Shown here one piece after another: positions 49,508 to 58,799 of a stretch of 64,000 nucleotides of DNA. The notes beneath the pieces were generated by a model, which saw only the letters and a program-made list of their open reading frames with translations, made no database searches and was not told where the DNA came from. The stretch lies in NCBI GenBank assembly GCA_964530445.1, contig CAZHBJ010000001.1, forward strand, positions 4,763 through 68,762, read 5' to 3'. Made by a program: the position numbers and the translations under genes. Within the stretch, counting starts at the first letter, position 1, and every line of letters begins with the position of its first letter. Origin of the DNA: an uncultured Ignavibacteriaceae bacterium. Lineage in GTDB: Bacteria; Bacteroidota; Ignavibacteria; Ignavibacteriales; Ignavibacteriaceae.

Positions 49508-50455
49508 CTACCATTTAACTATATAAGGAATACCCCATGTATTACTTTCAACCGGGGTAGAATCATCGGTAACAACCTGACGGGGTGTAGCATTTATTAC
49601 TGCATGAAAATAACCCGGCCATTGATGCGTTTCGAATGTTTGTTCATAAACTTTATCGTAACCGTTTCCGGTTTGAGTTGAAGATACCAAATAAAATCTA
49701 TTTTTCTCCCTATGCAGTCCGTGAGGGTCGCAGCCGTGGGTTAAAGTTACAAAATCTGTATCGGCATATGCACTTGTTAATTCAACTCGGACTTTAACGG
49801 GTTCATGTCGATTGAGTCTTGGGATTTTTCTCCACCATCCGAAACCTCTGGATAAGAAATAGTTGTTCGGATCGGTTACTGCTAGGGTATCTCCGTTGGG
49901 CATATATGCGGTTACTTTGGTTATGGAAATATTTGAATTTAGCGTGCCTCCTTCGGGTAAAGAGATGGCTGCAATTCTCCATTTCAAATAAGGGTGAATT
50001 GTATCGCCGGAAGTTACAAAAATAATTTTTCTTGTAATTACCGAAGTGAACGGTTTTTGAATCAAACTATCCGGCGGATAACTTACCGAATCATACGAAG
50101 CGGCAATAAACAAAACGCCTTCAAAAGTTGTTGTATAAGTTCCGTATGCCGTATCGCCTACAATATTGTAAGTAAAATTGCGTGACACAAGGCGCATCTT
50201 TTGACCGACTTTAACAGGATAAATAGTAGTTGCAGCTTTTCCTAAAATCGTCATTGCAGATTCTTCATTGTAATTCGATTCGAATGAAGATATAGCAGAA
50301 TCCGATTCTATGGTTTTTAACATCGCTTGTTGATCGGTTGTTGATTGAGATGAGTCCGGTCCGGTAGGTGAATTATTACAGCCTACAAGAAGAACTATTA
50401 CCGACAAGGCAATTATTGAAAGCAGGTTCTTTATAATTGATGCTTTCTTTTCCAT
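49508..50455 (-). CDS. Hypothetical lipoprotein
   Basis: 315 aa. MEKKASIIKNLLSIIALSVIVLLVGCNNS contains a lipobox. No family recognised. Confidence 0.55.
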   Translation of the reverse strand: MEKKASIIKNLLSIIALSVIVLLVGCNNSPTGPDSSQSTTDQQAMLKTIESDSAISSFESNYNEESAMTILGKAATTIYPVKVGQKMRLVSRNFTYNIVGDTAYGTYTTTFEGVLFIAASYDSVSYPPDSLIQKPFTSVITRKIIFVTSGDTIHPYLKWRIAAISLPEGGTLNSNISITKVTAYMPNGDTLAVTDPNNYFLSRGFGWWRKIPRLNRHEPVKVRVELTSAYADTDFVTLTHGCDPHGLHREKNRFYLVSSTQTGNGYDKVYEQTFETHQWPGYFHAVINATPRQVVTDDSTPVESNTWGIPYIVKW

Positions 50456-50788
50456 TTGTGATTTCCTTTCATTATGAATTTTGTTTTTAATTTTTTAAAA
50501 GTTCTTTTTCATAGTTATTACCTGACGGTTTTATAATAAATTGTGTGCCATATGGCTTATTTCATGCTAACTTGTTATTTTTACTAAGTATTCTATAGCT
50601 CTTTACTTTCCCAATATACCTGGAATACATAATGAAATGCCTGAACCAATGTTTCCAGGCGGTAATTTTTGGGAAATGAATATATAGTTTTATCCGCACT
50701 TCTTATTTTGTTTGCATTCCTTACAGTTATTTAGAGTTTCTGTTATATAGCTAAAAATATTTTATAAATTATTTGGAGTAAAGGTTAT

Positions 50789-51250
50789 ATGCTTAAAGAA
50801 TTCAAAGAATTCGCTTTGAAGGGAAACGTCCTCGATATGGCTGTCGGTATAATTATAGGTGCGGCTTTCGGGACGATTGTGAAATCCTTGGTTAGTGATG
50901 TAATAATGCCGCCGATTGGGCTGCTATTAGGGAATGTGGATTTTTCTCAATTTTTTATTGTATTAAAGGAAGGAGCAAAAGCTGCAGGTCCTTATGCCAC
51001 TTTAAAAGATGCGGCAGCTGCAGGAGCCGTTACTTTAAATTATGGTGTGTTTATTAATAATATTGTAAGCTTTATTATTGTTGCTTTCTCGGTTTTTATG
51101 CTTATAAAAAGCTTTCAAAAATTAAAAAAGAAAGAAGAGGCACCTGCGCCGGCAGCACCGACTACAAAAGACTGCCCATACTGTAAATCTAAAATTCCTG
51201 TTGAGGCTACAAAGTGTGCGTTTTGCACTTCTGAAGTGGCTAAAGCTTAG
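50789..51250 (+). CDS. mscL: Large-conductance mechanosensitive channel MscL with a C-terminal CxxC-x10-CxxC extension
   Basis: 153 aa. Sequence [45 protein letters not shown] second TM helix is present. The tail is [18 protein letters not shown]. Confidence 0.9.
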   Translation: MLKEFKEFALKGNVLDMAVGIIIGAAFGTIVKSLVSDVIMPPIGLLLGNVDFSQFFIVLKEGAKAAGPYATLKDAAAAGAVTLNYGVFINNIVSFIIVAFSVFMLIKSFQKLKKKEEAPAPAAPTTKDCPYCKSKIPVEATKCAFCTSEVAKA

Positions 51251-51275
51251 TTGTTGAAAATTATATATTTTAAAT

Positions 51276-51312
51276 AACTTCCGGATCAAGTATTCGGAAG
51301 TTATAATTTTAT
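51276..51312 (+). terminator. Rho-independent terminator after mscL
   Basis: AACTTCCG-(11 nt)-CGGAAGTT followed by ATAATTTTATCTT, about 25 nt after the mscL stop. Confidence 0.65.
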
Positions 51313-51880
51313 CTTATCTTAAATGACTTATAATGTGATTTATTAAATATTTTTTTAATGGATTACTTTAAAAGTTTATTATTCAATTTTACTTGGATTA
51401 TTGGCTTTCATAATTTCAATCAAATAGGGGCGAATATAAAGTTGTTACCTATCTAATCTATAATAATATTCTTAAATCGTTGCGTTAATTAAAAAGCAGA
51501 CTATAAAAAACTGTTGAAAAGTTTTTTAATTGTAGTTTTTAAATTTCATTACTTCATAGATTTGCAAAGAGATGGCAAGCCGATTCCCTGGACACATAGG
51601 GATTAGAATAGAAATTTACCGTTTTAACGATTTATGTCTAATTTACACAACTGGTTAATATTATTCATTTTAAAGCATATTTAGTAGGATTATCTACCAC
51701 TGTCGATAAAGAAATATTTCTATTCTGTTAATATTTAAGCAGAATTTCCGATAATAGTACTGGGGGATTAGCCGAGTACTAAAAATTTGCATTAATTATA
51801 GTCTGGCCTAATTCTTTCGTATAAAAATCCTTATGGTCAAGTGTCCGTTTAAGATTTTAAAATATTTTTATAAGGCAGAA

Positions 51881-53293
51881 TGTATGCTAAAAGTAATATC
51901 TGGAATAAGTATAATTTTTATTGTTATTGGTTCCTTAAGCATTTTTCCGAAAGAATATAATGTTAATTCCAACAAACAAAAAAAATCGAATAAGCTTTCG
52001 TTAAAAGATTGTATAGGAATTGCTTTAGAAAATAATAATAAAATAAAAGCAGCAAAAGAAGATATAAATATTGCTTCTGCTCGGAAAAAGCAAGCAGAAT
52101 CAGGTTATTGGCCCCGGCTTTCTCTTAAATCGGCTTATACAATAATGGATCAGGATCCGGTTTTCGTTTTGCCTGCATCTAAAATGGATATCCCTCTAAA
52201 TATTCCCGGGCTAAATGTTAACTTAAACGGAGTTGTTGTACCGGAACAGGATGTTAAACTTCTGGACAGACATAATCTGCACGGTGAATTAGATTTGGAG
52301 TATCCTTTATACACGGGAGGTAAGGTTCAATCATTAAATAAACAAGCCGAATTAGGCTATAACATAGCAAAGCTGGAAACGAAAAAAACAAGCCTTGAGG
52401 TAAAGTATAACGTTATTTGCTATTACTATGCAGTGGTTCTAACTCAAAAACTTTACTCAATAGGAAAAGATGCGGTAGCCAGGCTGGAAGCTACATTAAG
52501 CCTTACGGAAAGTTTATACAAAAACGGCTCGGGTAAGGTTACTAAGATAGATTACCTGCGAAACAAAGTAATGGTTGATCAAGCCAATAATTTGCTCACC
52601 GAAATTAAAGGCAAGATGAAAGCCGCTAGGGAGGCATTGCGTTTTGTGCTGGGATATCAGATTCCCGCAGATTTTAAAATAACCGAAACAGAAATACCCT
52701 TTGCCGATAAAGTAATAAATATCGATAGTATAGTTTCAAGTACTTACCAATATAATCCTGACTGGTCTAAAATAAATTCTGCAGAAAAAGTTTATAAATT
52801 AAAAATAGATGAAGCACGAAGCGAATATTTACCCACTATTGCATTGTTCGGAAGCCTAAATGAGAATGTTAACTCTTACAATTATGGAATGGTTAATAAA
52901 GCAAATAAAACCCTATGGACTGCAGGTATAGGGATGGAATTACCTATTTTTTCAGGCTTTAGAACGGCAGGTAAAGTAGATGAAAGAGAAGCGCAGCTAA
53001 ATAAAATTCAAGATCAAAAACAGCTTCTGCATGATGCTATAGCCTTGCAAATAAAAAATGCTTGTAATGATGTTAAGATAACAGGAGAGCAAGTTGAAAA
53101 AATACTTGAAGCAAAAAAATCCGCGGAAGAAAATTGTTCTCTTAATGAAAGGGCTTTTCAAGAGGATATGGTTGAAGCTAAAGATTTGATAGAAGCTCAA
53201 ATAATGGAGTCTCTCGTGGAAGCTCAATATCAAAATGCACTTTACAAACATTTTACCGCGCAAGCAAAACTTAACATGTTGATAGGTAAGTAG
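51881..53293 (+). CDS. TolC-family outer-membrane efflux/channel protein
   Basis: The track ORF starts at 51833. The ATG at 51881 gives a signal-like N-terminus, MLKVISGISIIFIVIGSLSIF. OEP repeats: LSLKDCIGIALENNNKIKAAKEDINIA...YWPRLSL. Confidence 0.75.
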   Translation, partial: CMLKVISGISIIFIVIGSLSIFPKEYNVNSNKQKKSNKLSLKDCIGIALENNNKIKAAKEDINIASARKKQAESGYWPRLSLKSAYTIMDQDPVFVLPASKMDIPLNIPGLNVNLNGVVVPEQDVKLLDRHNLHGELDLEYPLYTGGKVQSLNKQAELGYNIAKLETKKTSLEVKYNVICYYYAVVLTQKLYSIGKDAVARLEATLSLTESLYKNGSGKVTKIDYLRNKVMVDQANNLLTEIKGKMKAAREALRFVLGYQIPADFKITETEIPFADKVINIDSIVSSTYQYNPDWSKINSAEKVYKLKIDEARSEYLPTIALFGSLNENVNSYNYGMVNKANKTLWTAGIGMELPIFSGFRTAGKVDEREAQLNKIQDQKQLLHDAIALQIKNACNDVKITGEQVEKILEAKKSAEENCSLNERAFQEDMVEAKDLIEAQIMESLVEAQYQNALYKHFTAQAKLNMLIGK

Positions 53294-53301
53294 GTTAACA
53301 A

Positions 53302-53583
53302 ATGCGAATTGCTAAATTCAAAACAATAAACCTGAACATGATGTATGAAATGCTAAAACAAGAGTCCAAACTTATGTTTTCCGTTTTCCCCGGAAGAAAC
53401 TATGCCAGCGCTGTATCTTGCTTTTCGGAAAATTCAAGTAATCAAAGTTATAGCAAGAAGTTTACAGATACTTGTATCAATCTCGATAAGCGTACGGTCG
53501 GCGAACAAATTTTAACTCTTATGAAAACCTAGCATTTAACAGTGTTTAAACCGGAGTATTTAATAATTGTCGAAAAACTTTAA
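53302..53583 (+). pseudogene. Decayed C-terminal fragment of a third PhnD-like binding-protein paralogue (in-frame TAG at 53530-53532)
   Basis: The 76-aa ORF plus the read-through of the TAG aligns without gaps to the C-terminal ~90 residues of the two downstream genes. Shared positions include CFSEN / SFSKN, KK, and GEQILTLMKT*HLTVFKPEYL versus GKQILTLMNIDKVVPFKKEYL. Confidence 0.6.
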
Positions 53584-53633
53584 AACGAGTTTTATGATTT
53601 GTCCGAATAAATTAGAAGAAATTTTTCCGGCAC

Positions 53634-54539
53634 ATGAGCAAATATAAAGTATATCGTAATTTTTTAAGTGAAGTTATACTTGTTTTGATTTTAATTTCTT
53701 CATTTGTCGGCGCACAAAATGTGCCTAAGCATTATACGGTAGGTATAATGAAAAATCTGTTTAATGACGTAAACATTAATGATGCAAGTGTTATTTGTAA
53801 TATATGGATTAAGGCACTGAATGAATTAAATAAATCGAAATATGATCTTAGCGTAAAAATATTTGATGATTTTAATGAAGTTCAAAAATCCGAAAACGAA
53901 GGCAAGCTTGCGGTAATAGCGCTTAATGTTAGTGATTATATAAAATATAAAAATAAATTAAAATTGGAACCGGAGTTTATTCCCGCATATAAAGGGGCTA
54001 CTAAATATAGATATTTGATGTTAGTCCGGGAAAAAGAAAAATTTAAAAGTATTACAGACTTAAAAGGTGCCTCGATAGGAATTACCGAAAAGTATGATTA
54101 TACAATTCCAGGCATGTGGCTGGATGCAGTTTGTGCCGACAATAAAATACCAGAGAAAGAAAAGTTTTTTAAAGAAATTATAAAAACCCCCAACGAGTCA
54201 AAACTGATATTAAATCTTTTTTTCGGAAAGATAGATGCATGTATTGTTCCGGAAAATACTTTCTTATTTATGGCTGAATTGAATCCGCAAATAAAGAAAA
54301 GATTAACCATATTGAAATATTCGCCCTACTATATAATTACCGTAATATGTTTTACGAATAATTTTCTAAATAAGAAGGACAGAGAATTCTTTCAAAAAAA
54401 GGCTCTTGATATGCAGAAATTAGTTTACGGACAGCAGGTTCTTACATTAATGAAAATAGATCAAATAGTCCTTTATCATAAGGATGACTTGAATAGCTTT
54501 TTGCAGTTATTGAAGGTATCCAAACATACTTCGTATTAA
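53634..54539 (+). CDS. Periplasmic substrate-binding protein, PhnD/phosphonate-binding-like fold (orphan, no ABC partner)
   Basis: 301 aa with a signal peptide. It is a paralogue of the next gene. Its overall pattern resembles PhnD-like binding proteins found next to sensor kinases; the family call is by eye only. Confidence 0.5.
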   Translation: MSKYKVYRNFLSEVILVLILISSFVGAQNVPKHYTVGIMKNLFNDVNINDASVICNIWIKALNELNKSKYDLSVKIFDDFNEVQKSENEGKLAVIALNVSDYIKYKNKLKLEPEFIPAYKGATKYRYLMLVREKEKFKSITDLKGASIGITEKYDYTIPGMWLDAVCADNKIPEKEKFFKEIIKTPNESKLILNLFFGKIDACIVPENTFLFMAELNPQIKKRLTILKYSPYYIITVICFTNNFLNKKDREFFQKKALDMQKLVYGQQVLTLMKIDQIVLYHKDDLNSFLQLLKVSKHTSY

Positions 54540-54567
54540 TTTTAATATAAGTTCAAATAGTAAAAGC

Positions 54568-55503
54568 ATGAAAATAAAGGGAATAAATATTAAAACCATG
54601 TTTCGAAAAATCCGGTTACTGCTCCTTGTATCGTCCATAGCATGTACGGGTCAAATTAACGGCCAAACCGGTACTCCGACTGATATACCGCTATACAAGG
54701 TTATAATTGCTAATAATTTGTTTTCCGAGGTCGATTTAAATGATGCAAGAGCAGCTATGAAAGTTTGGGTTCGTGAATTAACAGGCACTATCAAGCCGGA
54801 ATTTAGGCTGCAAACGGTTTTTGTAAATGATATCGGAAATTTAAATGCATCTTCGTTAAAAAATGCAGCCCTAATTTGTGTGAATTCAATCGACTATTTG
54901 GATTATAAGGCAAAGCTCAATCTTGAAGGTGCTTTCGTACCGCTGAGAAACGATAATGTTTTTAGTACCTATATTTTATTAACAAATAATAATGTTGAGA
55001 ATATTAGGGAACTTAAGAACCGGAATATGGGTATAGGACGGGAGAACAATCATTTAATAGCATCCATGTGGTTAAACGATCTATTAAATAATTATAATCT
55101 TCCACCGGCTGATCAATTCTTCAGAATTAAAGAATCTGATAAAGAATCTCAAATAATCCTTTCTCTGTTTTTTAAACAACTGGATGCATGTGTGGTAACC
55201 AGGAATGCATATAATTTAATGGTTGAACTTAATCCGCAGATAGGAAAAAGGCTGAAAATAATTGCTGTTTCTCCCAAAATAGTATTAACCGTTACCAGTT
55301 TTTCGAAAAATTTTAAAAGTATAAAGCATAGAAAAAAAATAATTGAATCTGCCGAAAGACTTAGTTCTTATATAAACGGTAAACAGATATTAACATTAAT
55401 GAATATAGATAAAGTTGTTCCATTCAAAAAAGAATATTTAAATAATTTAAAAACAATACTAAGCGAATACAAAAAAATCTTAACAGATAAAAAGAGAAGA
55501 TAA
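54568..55503 (+). CDS. Periplasmic substrate-binding protein, PhnD/phosphonate-binding-like fold (orphan paralogue)
   Basis: 311 aa with a signal peptide. It shares blocks with the previous gene: LFFGKIDACIVPENTF / LFFKQLDACVVTRNAY, and GQQVLTLMKIDQIV / GKQILTLMNIDKVV. Confidence 0.5.
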   Translation: MKIKGINIKTMFRKIRLLLLVSSIACTGQINGQTGTPTDIPLYKVIIANNLFSEVDLNDARAAMKVWVRELTGTIKPEFRLQTVFVNDIGNLNASSLKNAALICVNSIDYLDYKAKLNLEGAFVPLRNDNVFSTYILLTNNNVENIRELKNRNMGIGRENNHLIASMWLNDLLNNYNLPPADQFFRIKESDKESQIILSLFFKQLDACVVTRNAYNLMVELNPQIGKRLKIIAVSPKIVLTVTSFSKNFKSIKHRKKIIESAERLSSYINGKQILTLMNIDKVVPFKKEYLNNLKTILSEYKKILTDKKRR

Positions 55504-55507
55504 TAAT

Positions 55508-57559
55508 TTGTTTAAGGGACTAAAAAATATATATAGCAAATTAACCGGCAGAGCATTTTACAAAAGTATTCTTGTAAGAGTAGCATTATTGTCATGGCTG
55601 CTGGTAATTGTTACACTGCTTATATATATAACCGGCATAATACCCTCGCAGAAGGAAGTTCTTAAAGAAAGGATGAAAACAGAGGCGAAAGATATCGCTA
55701 GTTCTATAGGGCAGGTTACTGCTACAGCAATTATAAATAATGATTACGGCTATACCGTGGATTATTGTTTAAAGATGATCAAACAAAGCAACTCAATTTT
55801 ATATATAGTTGTTACAAGAAACGACGGTTTTTCCTTAGTACACACTGCAAATAGCTGGCGGGAAGATACTATTAAGAATGCACTTTACCTGCCGAAAGTA
55901 AAGGGCTCTGAAGCTCAATTTATATACAGCAGCTTGGTTGAACAGGAAGTCTTTCATTTTTCGTATCCGTTTACTTACTCAGGAATTAATTGGGGTAGAA
56001 TAAATATAGGAATGTCTGTAACAAGCTTTAATAAAAATATGAACAACCTATATTATAAAACCGTCTGGCTAGCGTTATTGTCTATTTTTGTAGCTCTGCT
56101 TGCAGCAATTTATTTTGCTAAGAATCTTACGGCCCCTATTCGTCAGCTGGATAATGTTGCCGGACAAATATCGAACGGCGATTTGAGTGTAAGAGTAAAA
56201 ATTAAAAGTGAAGATGAAATAGGAAGATTGGCTTCTACATTTAATAAGATGACCGATTCTCTTAAGAGTTCTCAAGATACCCTGGAAAGGAAAGTGGAAG
56301 AAAGAACAGCCGAACTCGGTGAAGCCAACCGCGCTTTGCATACTCAAATAAATGAAAAGCTTGATGCGGAAAAAAAGCTTAAGCAGTATAATTCACAGCT
56401 TGAAGCTTTTGACAAAATTTATAAAGGAATAATTGCAGCAAAATCTGATGTCCAAATTATTGAAGAAACTCTAACTCAGATGCCTATTCTTTTTAATTTT
56501 ATAAATAATGCGGCTGTTGCTATTGAAGATTACACCGAAGATTTCGTTACAATTCATAGTATGAAAATAAATAAGAACGGACAGAATTCTTTTTTTAATA
56601 TAAAATTGCCTCTTAAGCAAAAATATTTAACAATGGAAGATAACCCGATAGTTCGTCCTGTAATTGTAAATGATATAAGACAATTGAAAATCAAAAACCA
56701 GATGGAAGAAAATTTGTTGAAAGACGGTCTTATATCTTACACATCTGTTCCTTTAAGAATAGAACAAGACAGGATTGGTATTTTGGGCATTATGTGCGAC
56801 CGGCCCGGAGTTTTTAATGAAAATCATAAAGCTACTCTTTTATATTTCTCAAACCAGCTTGCGGTGGCAATTCACCAGGCTCAGCTTCAAGAACAAATAA
56901 AGAAGCATGCTAAAAGTTTACAGAATTCTTTATCGGAAAAAGAAATACTGCTTAAAGAAATACATCACAGGGTTAAAAATAATCTCCAGGTAATATCAAG
57001 TCTTCTTTATCTTAACTCTAGGCGGATAAAAGACGATGATACATTAAATATGTTTAAGGACAGTCAAAACCGGGTAAAGTCGATTGCGCTTGTACATGAG
57101 AGACTGTATCAATCAAAAGATCTGGCAAGTATAAATTTTAAAGAGTATGCAAATAGATTAATTACAGACTTAACAAATTCGTACGGAGTAAATCATAAGG
57201 AGATAAAAATCAATATCGATATTCAAAATATATCGATTAGTATTGATAATGCAGTTCCCTGCGGTTTAATTATTAACGAGCTTATATCCAATTCTCTTAA
57301 ATATGCTTTCCCCAGAAATGTAGAAAATAAAACAGGGTGCAAAATTGATATAACCGCTATTAGAAACGAAAATAATGAAGTCATCCTTTCGGTTAAAGAT
57401 AACGGCAAAGGTTTCAGTTTGAAATCCGGAGATAAAAAAGAATCCTCGCTGGGATTACAGTTAGTTGAAACACTGGTCAAACAGCTGGACGGGACTATGG
57501 AACTGGATGTAAGTTCCGGCGCAGCCTTTTTAATTAAATTTAAAGAGATAAATATTTAA
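55508..57559 (+). CDS. Membrane sensor histidine kinase: 2 TM helices with a periplasmic loop, HAMP, GAF-like, HisKA_2-type phosphoacceptor, HATPase
   Basis: 683 aa with a TTG start 4 nt after the upstream stop. HAMP: APIRQLDNVAGQISNGDLSVRVKIKSEDEIGRLASTFNKM. Phosphoacceptor: EIHHRVKNNLQVISSLL. ATPase: IINELISNSLKYAF, DNGKGF, SLGLQLV. Confidence 0.8.
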   Translation: MFKGLKNIYSKLTGRAFYKSILVRVALLSWLLVIVTLLIYITGIIPSQKEVLKERMKTEAKDIASSIGQVTATAIINNDYGYTVDYCLKMIKQSNSILYIVVTRNDGFSLVHTANSWREDTIKNALYLPKVKGSEAQFIYSSLVEQEVFHFSYPFTYSGINWGRINIGMSVTSFNKNMNNLYYKTVWLALLSIFVALLAAIYFAKNLTAPIRQLDNVAGQISNGDLSVRVKIKSEDEIGRLASTFNKMTDSLKSSQDTLERKVEERTAELGEANRALHTQINEKLDAEKKLKQYNSQLEAFDKIYKGIIAAKSDVQIIEETLTQMPILFNFINNAAVAIEDYTEDFVTIHSMKINKNGQNSFFNIKLPLKQKYLTMEDNPIVRPVIVNDIRQLKIKNQMEENLLKDGLISYTSVPLRIEQDRIGILGIMCDRPGVFNENHKATLLYFSNQLAVAIHQAQLQEQIKKHAKSLQNSLSEKEILLKEIHHRVKNNLQVISSLLYLNSRRIKDDDTLNMFKDSQNRVKSIALVHERLYQSKDLASINFKEYANRLITDLTNSYGVNHKEIKINIDIQNISISIDNAVPCGLIINELISNSLKYAFPRNVENKTGCKIDITAIRNENNEVILSVKDNGKGFSLKSGDKKESSLGLQLVETLVKQLDGTMELDVSSGAAFLIKFKEINI

Positions 57560-57570
57560 AAATTTTTTGT

Positions 57571-58785
57571 ATGGATAAAATAGAAGAAAATATATTGAAT
57601 AGCACAGCTATATTGGATTCCATTTTACGTATCATGCCCGATATATACATTCGGTTTAGAAACGGTATCATTCTTGATTTTATAATGCCATCTCCAGATG
57701 CACTTTTCCCCGATGCTGATTTAATCGGGAAAAATTTATTTGATGTACTTGAAGATAATCTTGCAAGCAGAGTTTTGCATTTTTCAGAAAAGGCAATTGA
57801 AACCGGGCAAGTGCAAATATTTGAACATGAAACTGTTATTGACAAATATGAAAGCCATAAAGAAATTAGGCTTGCCGGTGTCAATTCAAATTCCGGAGAA
57901 AGTTTTGAATGCGAATTTATTATGATTCTTAGAGATATCTCCGAATTAAAAACAACAAAGTTTGAGGTGGCTAAGAGTTTAGCTGAAATTGAGGAGAGCC
58001 AAAATACTCTTGAGCAAAAGACAAAAGAGCTTTCCATGCTCAATGATAAATTGATAGAATCGGAAAGAGTATTAAGAGAACAAAACGCAAGCAAGGATAA
58101 ATTCTTTTCCATTATAGCTCATGATCTTAGAAGCCCTTTTACCGCATTATTAGGCTTGTCCGAATATCTTGCTTCCGACTATATGGATTTATCCAAAGAA
58201 GATCTAAAAGAAATTGCCAATGGTTTAATGTCATCAGCCCAATCTACATTTAATCTGCTTGAAAATCTTTTACAGTGGGCAAGGATTAAAACCGGACGTA
58301 TTAAATTAAACCCGGAAGCAATTGAGTTGAACAAAATAATTGATAAAGTACTGCATTTATTTATGAAAAATGCACAGGAGAAAAAAATTCTGCTGGAAGC
58401 TGAAGCAAACCATGCTGTATATGTATTTGCCGATCTTAATATGATAGAGGTAATTATAAGGAATATTGTGTCCAACGCAATTAAGTTTACTAACAAAGAA
58501 GGTAAAGTAATTATAAACACAGAAGTTATTAATGAGTTTGTACAAATAAGCGTACGCGATAACGGTGTAGGTATGAACAACGAAGCAGTGCTGAAATTAT
58601 TTAAAGTCGGTCAAAATGTATCTGCCGATGGAACTCAAAATGAAAAGGGATCCGGTTTGGGATTAATTCTTTGCAAAGAATTTGTTGAATTAAACGGCGG
58701 TGAAATTTTTGTTGAATCTGAATTAGGGAAAGGCTCCACATTTAAAATTAAATTGCCTTTATTCAGAGAAAATGTTTATAATTAA
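57571..58785 (+). CDS. Soluble sensor histidine kinase (PAS-like, coiled coil, HisKA, HATPase)
   Basis: 404 aa with no TM helix. H-box FFSIIAHDLRSPF. N-box NIVSNAIKFT. G-boxes VRDNGVGM and GSGLGLILCKEF. Confidence 0.85.
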   Translation: MDKIEENILNSTAILDSILRIMPDIYIRFRNGIILDFIMPSPDALFPDADLIGKNLFDVLEDNLASRVLHFSEKAIETGQVQIFEHETVIDKYESHKEIRLAGVNSNSGESFECEFIMILRDISELKTTKFEVAKSLAEIEESQNTLEQKTKELSMLNDKLIESERVLREQNASKDKFFSIIAHDLRSPFTALLGLSEYLASDYMDLSKEDLKEIANGLMSSAQSTFNLLENLLQWARIKTGRIKLNPEAIELNKIIDKVLHLFMKNAQEKKILLEAEANHAVYVFADLNMIEVIIRNIVSNAIKFTNKEGKVIINTEVINEFVQISVRDNGVGMNNEAVLKLFKVGQNVSADGTQNEKGSGLGLILCKEFVELNGGEIFVESELGKGSTFKIKLPLFRENVYN

Positions 58786-58799
58786 TGTGAGTTGCAATT

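Noticed and set aside
57540-58112. 190-aa minus-strand ORF lying antisense inside the 404-aa histidine kinase gene
   Set aside because: The plus-strand frame carries unmistakable H-, N- and G-box kinase motifs. The antisense product is low-complexity (S/L/I/F-rich) with no recognisable motif. It is typical of a stop-poor antisense frame.
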